Of a stretch of DNA of 64,000 nucleotides, positions 55,549 to 63,472 are shown piece after piece. A model generated the notes under the pieces. That model saw nothing but the letters and a program-made list of their open reading frames with translations, was not told the DNA's origin and made no database searches. Position 1 is the first letter of the stretch. Each line of letters starts with the position of its first letter. Made by a program: the position numbers and the translations under genes. The DNA comes from Myxococcota bacterium (GTDB taxonomy: Bacteria; Myxococcota_A; UBA9160; UBA4427), in contig OZ252299.1 of assembly GCA_965250285.1 (NCBI GenBank), positions 1,888,001-1,952,000 of the forward strand, given 5' to 3'.

Positions 55549-57074
55549 GCCCCGAGCCAGAGACCTCGACCGGCGTCGGCCGCCTGCGGGACCGCGCCTT
55601 CGTCGCCGCCCACCTCAGCCCCGTGACGCACCAGCTCGGCGACGAAGGCGTCGACGCCGTCCATCGCCGCGCGCGCGCCGTTCTTGTAGCCGTTGACGAT
55701 CACCGCGAAGATGGCGAGCTCGCCGTCCGCCAGCTCGGCGTAGCCCGACAGGCTCGTGACGCGCGCATCCGACAGCAGGCCGGTCTTGGCGCGCACCCGG
55801 CCACGCAGTCCGGCCGCGCGCTTCTCGAGCGTGCCGTCCGCCTGCGCCAGCGGCAGCGAGGCGAGCATCTCGGGACCGAAGGCGAACGAGGCACGTGAGG
55901 CGACGAGGGCCCGGTGCAGCGTCCGGGCCGACACGCGGTTGCGCGTCGACAGCCCCGACCCGTCGACGAGCACCGTGCCGGCACCGAGCACACCCATCTC
56001 GTCGAGCGCCGCTTGCATCGCTGCGAGCCCGGTCGCCCAGCTGCCGGCCTCGCCCGTTGCGGCGCGCCCCATCGACTTCACGAGCGACTCCGCGACCGCG
56101 TTGTTGCTGTACTTCATGAAGAGCTGGACGATCTCGCTGAGCGGGCGCCCCTCGAAGACGAGCAGCTCGTGTCGGGCTTCGTCGGCCTTCCCCCGCCGCA
56201 CGACGCCGGTGACCTCGATTCCTACCGCCTCGAGCTGCATCTTGAGAACGGCACCCGCGTAGATGGCCGGGTCGGAGACGCTGCGCGGAAACACGTCGGG
56301 TTGGGCCCCCGCCGCGAGGCGTCCGCGAACCGAGACGCCCTCGCCCTCGGCCGCGCGTCGACGATCGACGACCAGATTTGGTCGCGTCCGGGGTGCTCCG
56401 GTCGTCGCTCGATTCTCCACCCGAAAGAAGTCGATCGGCGGATCGACGTCGACCCGCACCGGAGCGCCGGGCTTCGGTCCGGCCGTGACCCGCACGAAGT
56501 AGGCGCCGTAGTTGGCGGTGAGCGCGGTGATGGGCGCGTGATACGCGCGCGACGAGACGCGGCCCCAGTCGGGATGGGCGCGCACGGCGTCGAACGCCGA
56601 GTCGTTCACGATGAGGTCGCCCTCGACGCGCCGCAGGCCTTCGGTGCGCAGGGCCGAGGCCACGCGCCACCAGTCCTCGCTGTTCGTGACCGGGTCGCCG
56701 CCGCCGACGACGAGCAGCGCGCTGACGCGCCCCTCGGCGTCGGGCGGCTCGGGCGTGAGCAGCCGCGTCTCGAACTGATGCGTCGGCCCGAAGCGGTCGA
56801 GCGCCGCCATCGCCGTCAGGATCTTCATGTTCGAGGCTGGGATCAGCGAAAGATCCGCATCGTGGGCGTACAGGACGGCCCCGTCACGTGCGCGCCCGAC
56901 CAGGATGCTGGTGCGCGCCCCGGCGAGCCCGGCCCTCTGGCGCGCCCGATCGAGCGCTTGCTCGCGCTTCGCGGCGCGCGTGGACGCGAGATCGCTCGCC
57001 TGTACGGGCGTCGGCGGCCCGCCGCAGGCGAAGAGCAGAGAGAGAAGGAGGGCCGTCAACCCGGTCCGCATCAT
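55509..57074 (-). CDS. dacB: D-alanyl-D-alanine carboxypeptidase/endopeptidase (PBP4, peptidase S13), lipoprotein
   Basis: LFAC lipobox, PASNMK (SxxK), GGGDP, KYSNN (SxN), DGSGLS..N and AKTG. Confidence 0.93.
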   Translation of the reverse strand: MMRTGLTALLLSLLFACGGPPTPVQASDLASTRAAKREQALDRARQRAGLAGARTSILVGRARDGAVLYAHDADLSLIPASNMKILTAMAALDRFGPTHQFETRLLTPEPPDAEGRVSALLVVGGGDPVTNSEDWWRVASALRTEGLRRVEGDLIVNDSAFDAVRAHPDWGRVSSRAYHAPITALTANYGAYFVRVTAGPKPGAPVRVDVDPPIDFFRVENRATTGAPRTRPNLVVDRRRAAEGEGVSVRGRLAAGAQPDVFPRSVSDPAIYAGAVLKMQLEAVGIEVTGVVRRGKADEARHELLVFEGRPLSEIVQLFMKYSNNAVAESLVKSMGRAATGEAGSWATGLAAMQAALDEMGVLGAGTVLVDGSGLSTRNRVSARTLHRALVASRASFAFGPEMLASLPLAQADGTLEKRAAGLRGRVRAKTGLLSDARVTSLSGYAELADGELAIFAVIVNGYKNGARAAMDGVDAFVAELVRHGAEVGGDEGAVPQAADAGRGLWLGAHEREAEGLPPAS

Positions 57075-57251
57075 GTCCACCCCGACCCCGTGTCGGCCGC
57101 GCGACGACCGCGTCGGACGCCTCGATGCGAGCGATCGACCGGTCGCGGCGCGCAGGGGCCACCGCCGCGCCGCCCCGTTCGAATCGGTCGCGGCGCCGGA
57201 AATCTTGGGGGGATCGAGCCAGACGCGGGGGCATCTTCCACCGCCGCGTGC

Positions 57252-57280
57252 TTGACGCCGTCGAGCTTATCCCCGAGGCT
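57252..57280 (+). promoter_or_regulatory. Possible sigma70 promoter of the spmAB-amgK-murU operon
   Basis: TTGACG-N17-GAGGCT. Confidence 0.35.
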
Positions 57281-57326
57281 GCACGCCGGCAAACCGGAGC
57301 CCGCTCCGGTGACTCTGGGGGGAGTC

Positions 57327-58685
57327 GTGCTCAGCTGGATCTGGCTCGGGATCGTTCTGGTCTCGGTTCTGTGGGCCGCGCTCTGGAGCGGCGACATGGA
57401 GGCCGTCACCGCTTCGGTGACGGAGGGCGCCCGCTCGGCCGTCACACTCGTGATCGGCCTCGTCGGCATCATGGTGTTCTTCCTCGGGCTGACCCGCGTC
57501 GCCTTCGACGGCGGCCTGCGGGACGCGTTCGCTCGAGCCCTGACCCCGGTGACTCGCCGCCTGTTCCCCGACGTCCCGCCCGATCACCCGGCGATGGGCG
57601 CGATGATCATGAACATGGCGTCCAACATGCTCGGGATGGGCAACGCCGCGACGCCCTTCGGTCTCAAGGCGATGCGTGAGCTGGGCCGGCTGACGCCCCG
57701 GCCGGGCATCGCGAGCAACGCCATCGTGCTCTTCCTCGCAATCAACACGTCGGCGATCACGATCCTCCCGCCCGTGGGCACGATCGCGATCCGCGCCCAG
57801 ACCGGCTCGGCCGACCCGTGGGCCATCTGGGTGCCGACGCTGATCGCCACGACGTGCTCGACCTTGACCGCGGTCACCGCCTACTTCCTGCTGTCGAAGC
57901 TGCCGATGTTCGCGATGGCGGCGCGCCCCGAGATCACGTCGCCCCCCGAGCCCGAGGACATCGACGGCGGCGACGACCCCGCGACGTCGCTGTCCTCGGA
58001 CTCGGGGGGCGACGACCCCGCGACGTCGCTCGAGGCGCCGGAGCGCGCGCCGGTGGGCCCCGGCCGCACCTGGCTGGTGCGCATCACGGCGCTGCTGCTC
58101 GGCGTGGCGATCGTGCTCTTCTTCGTCGATGCCGTGCCCGAGCTCGGCGGCGTCGGCGCCTTCAAGGTCTTCGCGCGCGCCTGGCTGCTGCCGCTGCTCG
58201 TCGTCACGATGCTCCTCGTCGGCGTCGGCGGCGGCGCAGACGTCTACGGCTCGCTGATCTCGGGTGCGAAGGAGGGTCTCGAGGTCTCGGTGCGCATCGT
58301 CCCGTACCTCGTGGCCATGCTGGTCGCCGTTGCGATGCTGCGCGCATCGGGCGCCCTCGGCTCGATCATTGCGACGCTCGACCCGTACACCGCTGCGGTC
58401 GGCGTGCCCGCCGAGGTGCTGCCGATGGCGTTCCTCCGGCCACTCTCCGGCTCGGGCGCGTTTGGTGTGATGAGCGAGATCCTGACGACCCACGGGCCGG
58501 ACACGTTCATCGGGTACCTGACGAGCACGCTCATGGGCTCGACCGAGACGACCTTCTACGTGCTCGCGCTCTACCTGGGTGCCGCCGGCGTCGTCGACGG
58601 TCGACATGCGCTGCTCGCGTGCGTGCTCGGCGACATCGGCGGCTTCATCGGCGCCGTGGCCGCCTGCCACTGGTTCTTCGGGTGA
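57327..58685 (+). CDS. spmAB: Fused SpmA-SpmB (spore maturation / nucleoside-recognition Gate domain) membrane protein
   Basis: SpmA part: LFPDVP..HPA.G, NMLGMGNAATPFGLKAM.EL, FLAINTS. SpmB part: GAKEG, PYLVAML, LRPLSGSGA, GSTETTFYV. GTG start after GGAG. Confidence 0.9.
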   Translation: MLSWIWLGIVLVSVLWAALWSGDMEAVTASVTEGARSAVTLVIGLVGIMVFFLGLTRVAFDGGLRDAFARALTPVTRRLFPDVPPDHPAMGAMIMNMASNMLGMGNAATPFGLKAMRELGRLTPRPGIASNAIVLFLAINTSAITILPPVGTIAIRAQTGSADPWAIWVPTLIATTCSTLTAVTAYFLLSKLPMFAMAARPEITSPPEPEDIDGGDDPATSLSSDSGGDDPATSLEAPERAPVGPGRTWLVRITALLLGVAIVLFFVDAVPELGGVGAFKVFARAWLLPLLVVTMLLVGVGGGADVYGSLISGAKEGLEVSVRIVPYLVAMLVAVAMLRASGALGSIIATLDPYTAAVGVPAEVLPMAFLRPLSGSGAFGVMSEILTTHGPDTFIGYLTSTLMGSTETTFYVLALYLGAAGVVDGRHALLACVLGDIGGFIGAVAACHWFFG

Positions 58686-59791
58686 CGCCCGACACCGACA
58701 CGGCCCCGATCGACGACGCGCGACTGACCGAATGGGTCCACGCCTGCGTCGGCCGCGCCCCGCGCGCGCTCGAGCCGATCGCGCCCGGTCTCGGGCATCG
58801 CACCTTCCATCGTGTCCACTTCGATCCGCCCCTGCCCGTCGGGCCCCGCTCGCTCGTGCTGCGCGTCGATCCGCCCGATGCCCGGATCGCCGTCGGCGGC
58901 GTCGCCCCCGAGCCCGAGCTCGAGCCGATTCGCGCCTGCCTCGAAGCGGCTGGCGTGCCCGTGCCTCGCAGCTTCGGTTCGGACGCGGATCGGGGGCTCG
59001 ACCTGCTCGAGGACGTCGGCGACGAGACCCTCGAGGTCGTCGCCGCGACCGCGCCGCCGGAGATCCGGAAGTCGCTCTACCGTCGAGCCATCGAAGTCGT
59101 CGGGCGACTGCAGACGATCGAAGCACCCGCCGCGAACGACGCCCGCCCGGCGGCGTTCGAGCGGCGCCTCGACCGCGCGCTCATCGCGACGAAGGCGCGC
59201 AAGGTCGTCGATTGGCTCCTGCCCGAAGCGCTCGGGCGCGCCGCTTCGACCGGTGAACGCGAGGTCATCGAAACGAGCTTCGACGCGATCGCCGACCTGG
59301 TCGAGGCCGCGCCGCCGCGGCTGGCGCACCGCGACTACAAGGCGGCCAATCTCCACGTGATGCCGCCGCAGCGGCTCGTGCTGATCGATCTGCAGGGCGC
59401 CTTCATGGCGCCGCCCGAGTACGACCTCGTCTGCCTGCTGCGCGACAATCACGTCGCGCTCGACGACGCCGAGATCGAAGCGCAGCTCGCCTTCGCCCTC
59501 ACCGTATTGCCGGCCGCGCCCGACACCGACACGGCGGGCCTGCGCTTCGACGCCCTGACGATCAGCCGGGTGGGCAAGGATCTCGCGCACTACCTCGACG
59601 CGGCGCGCTCGCGCGGAGACGAACGCTATCTGCGCTTCGTCGCAACGGGGCTCGCGCGGATGCAGACCGCCGCCGAGCGGCTGCGCGCCCGCGACGCACG
59701 CTGGCACGCTCTGGCCGATCTGATCACGCAGCTGACGCTGCCCCCGCGGTGCCGCACGCACGCGAAGGAGGCCCCGACGTGCGCGCCATGA
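58682..59791 (+). CDS. amgK: Aminoglycoside-phosphotransferase-fold sugar kinase, AmgK-like (N-acetylmuramate 1-kinase)
   Basis: R.F.R, G..LLED.GD, HRDY...NL and ID.Q.A...P..YDL..LLRD; directly upstream of a MurU-like gene. Confidence 0.78.
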   Translation: MTPDTDTAPIDDARLTEWVHACVGRAPRALEPIAPGLGHRTFHRVHFDPPLPVGPRSLVLRVDPPDARIAVGGVAPEPELEPIRACLEAAGVPVPRSFGSDADRGLDLLEDVGDETLEVVAATAPPEIRKSLYRRAIEVVGRLQTIEAPAANDARPAAFERRLDRALIATKARKVVDWLLPEALGRAASTGEREVIETSFDAIADLVEAAPPRLAHRDYKAANLHVMPPQRLVLIDLQGAFMAPPEYDLVCLLRDNHVALDDAEIEAQLAFALTVLPAAPDTDTAGLRFDALTISRVGKDLAHYLDAARSRGDERYLRFVATGLARMQTAAERLRARDARWHALADLITQLTLPPRCRTHAKEAPTCAP

Positions 59792-60726
59792 TCCTCGCCG
59801 CCGGGCTCGGCACCCGCCTGCGCCCACTCACCGAGCTGCGACCGAAGCCGGCGCTGCCGGTCGGGGGGCGGCCTGTGATCGCCTACCTGCTCGCGCTGCT
59901 CGCGCACCATGGCGTGCGCGAAGTCGTCGTGAACCGATCCTATCTCGGGGACGTGCTGACGAGCGCCGTCGACGCGTGCACACCCGAAGGCGTACGCGTC
60001 GAGTACAGCGACGAGCACGAGCCCCTCGGCACGGGCGGCGGCATTCGCCGCGCGGCCGAGTTTCTCGCCGAGAGCGACCCGTCGATCGTGCTCGCAGGCG
60101 ACATGCTCTTCGATGCCGACCTGACGGCGTTGGCCGAGGCCCACCGCGCCAGTGGCCGGCGCGCGACGGTGCTGCTCCGCGACGATCCGCGCGCCGACGC
60201 GTTCGGCACGATCGGCCTCGATGCCGCCGGCCGCATGCGCCGCATCGCCAGCCGCTTCGACCTGGGCGGCGAACACTACGCCGGTGTCTTTACAGGTGTC
60301 CGTTTCTTCTCACCGTCCGTGTTCGACGACTGGCCCGACGCCGCCGAGTTCGAGGATCTCACCGACTGGCTGGCGCCCCAGCTGCGCGCCGGCGCCGACG
60401 ACATCGGCGGAATGGTGATCTCGGTCACCGAATCGCAGTGGGAGCCAGTGGGGACGCCCGCCGAATACCTCGCTGCAAACTTGAAGCCTCCGCCCCTTTC
60501 GTTTGCATCGAAGCTGAAGCCCCTCGCGCCGAGCGCAGCGGCGCGGGAGGATCTGGTGATCGGCGCCGAAGCGAAAGTTGTAGAACCCGAGCTGTTGCGC
60601 CGATGTGTCGTATGGGACCACGAAACAGTCCCACCCGGCACTCGAGGCGAAGACGGCGTCTTCGCAGGGGGCCGACTCGTGCCGTGTCGCGACGGCGCGT
60701 CGATCGATGGGAAGGGAGCGACATGA
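59779..60726 (+). CDS. murU: Nucleotidyltransferase, MurU-like (MurNAc-alpha-1-P uridylyltransferase)
   Basis: AMILAAGLGTRLRPLT...PKP, E...LGTGGGI, GD and W..VGTP..Y; paired with the AmgK-like gene. Confidence 0.78.
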   Translation: MRAMILAAGLGTRLRPLTELRPKPALPVGGRPVIAYLLALLAHHGVREVVVNRSYLGDVLTSAVDACTPEGVRVEYSDEHEPLGTGGGIRRAAEFLAESDPSIVLAGDMLFDADLTALAEAHRASGRRATVLLRDDPRADAFGTIGLDAAGRMRRIASRFDLGGEHYAGVFTGVRFFSPSVFDDWPDAAEFEDLTDWLAPQLRAGADDIGGMVISVTESQWEPVGTPAEYLAANLKPPPLSFASKLKPLAPSAAAREDLVIGAEAKVVEPELLRRCVVWDHETVPPGTRGEDGVFAGGRLVPCRDGASIDGKGAT

Positions 60727-61460
60727 ACGAGGTCGTGTTCGTCGGGACGAGCGACGCCTTCGGCGCCGGCGGGCGGCGCCAGTCGGCGGTGCTCGTGCGC
60801 GGTCGCCGCGGCGGCATGCTGCTCGACTGCGGTGCGACCACGAACACCGGGCTCGCCGAGCTCGGCGTCGACCGCGGAGAGATCGACACGATCCTGGTCT
60901 CTCACTTCCACGGCGATCACTTCGGCGGCATCCCGCTCTTCCTGCTCGCAGCGCTGTACACCGACCGGCGAACCGCCCCGCTCGAGATCGCCGGCCCGCC
61001 CGAGGTCGAGGCGCGCGTACGCGCCCTCGCCCACGCGATGGGCCACGACCTCGATCGAAACGACTGGAGCTTCGACATCCGCTTCACCGAGGTGCGACCG
61101 GGCCTGCACTACTCGCTGGGGCCCGCCGAGATCGACGCGTTCGAGATGAACCACCAGCTCGAGGCCCATCCCCAGGGCTATCGCGTATCTCTCGGCGAGC
61201 GCCTGGTCGCGTACTCGGGCGACACCGGATGGTTTCCGCAGCTGCCCGAGCTCTCGGCCGGCGCCGATCTGTTCATCTGCGAGTGCACGCTGCACCACGA
61301 GGTGCTCGACTTCCACATGAACCTGGATCAGATCGTCGAGCACCGCGAAGAGTTCGATTGCGGCGATCTGATCCTCACGCACCTCGGCGCCGAGATGGCC
61401 GAGAAGCGCGGACGCTGCGAGATCGAAACCGCCGACGACGGCGTCGTGAAGAAGCTCTGA
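60723..61460 (+). CDS. MBL-fold metallo-hydrolase (RNase Z/PhnP-like)
   Basis: Start MNEVVFVGTSDAFG, LLDCG, SHFHGDH (HxHxDH), YSGDT, ECT and LTH. ATGA overlap with murU. Confidence 0.88.
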   Translation: MNEVVFVGTSDAFGAGGRRQSAVLVRGRRGGMLLDCGATTNTGLAELGVDRGEIDTILVSHFHGDHFGGIPLFLLAALYTDRRTAPLEIAGPPEVEARVRALAHAMGHDLDRNDWSFDIRFTEVRPGLHYSLGPAEIDAFEMNHQLEAHPQGYRVSLGERLVAYSGDTGWFPQLPELSAGADLFICECTLHHEVLDFHMNLDQIVEHREEFDCGDLILTHLGAEMAEKRGRCEIETADDGVVKKL

Positions 61461-61514
61461 GCCAAGGCGTGATGCGCCGCCTTCGACACGACCCAAGTCC
61501 CGACGCCGCGCCCG

Positions 61515-61610
61515 CGCGTTAGATCTGCCCGTCGGCGCCCGGCACGCGTTGGATCTGCCCGTCGGCGCCCGGCGCGCGTTAGATCTGCCCGTCGGCGCCC
61601 GGCACGCGTT
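61515..61610. repeat. 30-bp tandem repeat (3.2 copies) made from the 3' end of anmK
   Basis: CGCGTTRGATCTGCCCGTCGGCGCCCGGCR at 61515, 61545 and 61575. Confidence 0.93.
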
Positions 61611-62748
61611 CACCCAGCACGGCGGCACGAGAGGCACCCGTACACGCGGGCAGGTGATTCGGCAGGCCGAGCACCGCGTTGCGCCCCATGAGCGAGAACG
61701 CGATGGCTTCGACGGCCTCGTCGGGTACGCCATGATCGCGACAGCGCTCGATCTGGAGGTCGGGGAGCGCCGCCTGCAGCGCGTCGATCAGGGTCGGATT
61801 GAAGGCCCCCCCGCCACAGGCGAGCAGTCGACCGGGCCGCTCGGCGTCGGCGTCGATCGCCGGCAAGAGTTCGTCGACGGCGAGCGCGACACTGCGAGAC
61901 GTCAGCGCGACCAGGGTCGCGATCAAATCATCGAGCGCGCGCCCTTCGGTCACACATCGCTTCGCGAGCACCTCGGCTTCGGCCCGACCATACCGCTCGC
62001 GGCCCGTCGACTTCGGCGGCGGCTTCGTGAAGTAGGGATCGTCGAGCAGCTCTTCGAGCAGCTCGTCGTCGACCCTGCCCCGGCGACCGCGCATCCCGTC
62101 GCGGTCCATTCGCTCGCGACCTTCGGTCGCGTGCACGAGGACCGCATCGATGAGCGCGTTCGCGGGCCCGATGTCGAAGGCGACCACACGCCCCGGATCA
62201 CCGCCCGCCGGGAGCCACGTGATGTTCGACATCCCGCCGAGATTCAGAACCGCCCGGCCCTCGCCGACATCGGCGAAGGCCGCGTGGTGAAAGAACGGTG
62301 CGAGCGGAGCACCCTCGCCCCCGGCCGCCATGTCGCGCGGTCGAAAGTTCGCGACGACCGGCCGACCCGTTCGCTCGGCCAACCTCGAGGGCGAGCCGAT
62401 CTGCAACGTGCCGCCGTGCTCCGGATGGTGCGCGACCGTCTGGCCGTGGCTCGCGATCGCGCGCACCCCAGCGAGCGGCACACCCGCTTCGGCGGCGACC
62501 GCCTCGGCCGCGTCGGCCAGGGCCTCGGCGACGAAGGCATCGACCGCGACGAGCTCGGCCAGGACGTCTTCGCCAGGAAGGGACCGATCGGCCAGGCGGT
62601 GGATCCGCGCCTGAGCGTCCCTCGGGAAGGGACGCTCGATGTACGCCTGCAGCTCGAACGGGCGCGCCGAGGCGTCATCGGGCCAGTCGACGAGGGCGGC
62701 GTCGACGCCGTCCGCAGAGGTGCCCGACATCAGGCCAATGATCTTCAT
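61579..62748 (-). CDS. anmK: Anhydro-N-acetylmuramic acid kinase
   Basis: IGLMSGTSADGVDAA, SHGQT..H, FR.RDMAAGGEGAPL.P, NLGG.SN, FD.GP.N, PPKSTGRE and CGGG..N. Confidence 0.95.
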   Translation of the reverse strand: MKIIGLMSGTSADGVDAALVDWPDDASARPFELQAYIERPFPRDAQARIHRLADRSLPGEDVLAELVAVDAFVAEALADAAEAVAAEAGVPLAGVRAIASHGQTVAHHPEHGGTLQIGSPSRLAERTGRPVVANFRPRDMAAGGEGAPLAPFFHHAAFADVGEGRAVLNLGGMSNITWLPAGGDPGRVVAFDIGPANALIDAVLVHATEGRERMDRDGMRGRRGRVDDELLEELLDDPYFTKPPPKSTGRERYGRAEAEVLAKRCVTEGRALDDLIATLVALTSRSVALAVDELLPAIDADAERPGRLLACGGGAFNPTLIDALQAALPDLQIERCRDHGVPDEAVEAIAFSLMGRNAVLGLPNHLPACTGASRAAVLGERVPGADGQI

Positions 62749-62905
62749 GCGCCGGATCTTAGGCCGCTTTCGCCGCCGGTCCGCAGTCGATCCGCCCGCA
62801 TCGCCCGCCGGCCGGGTGCCGGCCCCCTCGGCGCTGGCTTGGTCCATCGACCGACCGCCTGCCCCAGCGGCACCCGACGAGGGCGCTTGGGAGTGTTCCA
62901 ACTGG

Positions 62906-62933
62906 TTGACAGCGATATGAAATCGGCCACTCT
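62906..62933 (+). promoter_or_regulatory. Possible sigma70 promoter ahead of a long leader
   Basis: Perfect -35 TTGACA-N16-CACTCT in a locally AT-richer patch. Confidence 0.45.
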
Positions 62934-63192
62934 ACGCGCGCTCTCGGCTGCGGCCGGGCCGACTCGGAGCGCCCCCGGGTCGTGGACGTTCCCCGTTCGG
63001 GGGCCAGGGTGGATCGGCGCGTCGCACGTCACCGATCCGCCCGCGTCGGCAGCGAGTCCGAAGCCTCCAAACGTCGGTTTGACGACGACTGGAATCAGCC
63101 GATCCCGGCCCCTGCGCGTGCCCGAGCGGTGCCGCGGGCGGGCCGGACGGGCCCCTGCGGCCCGGCCATCCTCACGCGGAGAACGCGAGACC

Positions 63193-63462
63193 ATGAACGA
63201 CTCCACGCGCGCCCAGGGCTGGGCGATCTGCATCGGGGCGGGGCTGCTCGCCCTGCTCTTCATCATCGGCATCCTGAACGGCAGCTACTGGGCGCTCGCG
63301 GTGCCGGTTGCGATCCTGACGCTCTTCGTGCTCGGGCTGGCCGGCTGGGTCGGCTACACGATCGCGACGATCCAGGTCGAGCCCGACCCGGCGCCCGAGG
63401 TGCTCTCGACCGACGCGCCGGCCGCGTCCGAAGCCGGCGGCGAAGCCGGCGAGACGGCCTGA
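63193..63462 (+). CDS. Small 2-TM hypothetical protein
   Basis: ATG after GGAG, two hydrophobic helices around YWALAVPV, and an acidic tail. Confidence 0.75.
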   Translation: MNDSTRAQGWAICIGAGLLALLFIIGILNGSYWALAVPVAILTLFVLGLAGWVGYTIATIQVEPDPAPEVLSTDAPAASEAGGEAGETA

Positions 63463-63472
63463 CGAGCGCACC

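Noticed and set aside
57327..58685. Evidence for endospore formation from the spmA/spmB name
   Set aside because: The family is widespread in non-sporulating bacteria and no other sporulation genes are present.
61515..61610. 30-bp repeats as a CRISPR array
   Set aside because: The units are directly adjacent with no spacers, derive from the anmK 3' end, and no cas genes are present. The same applies to the 28-bp and 18-bp repeats.
63055..63095. c-di-GMP-I riboswitch suggested by AAGCCTCC
   Set aside because: It lacks the GCAAA/GNRA tetraloop and receptor elements of that class.
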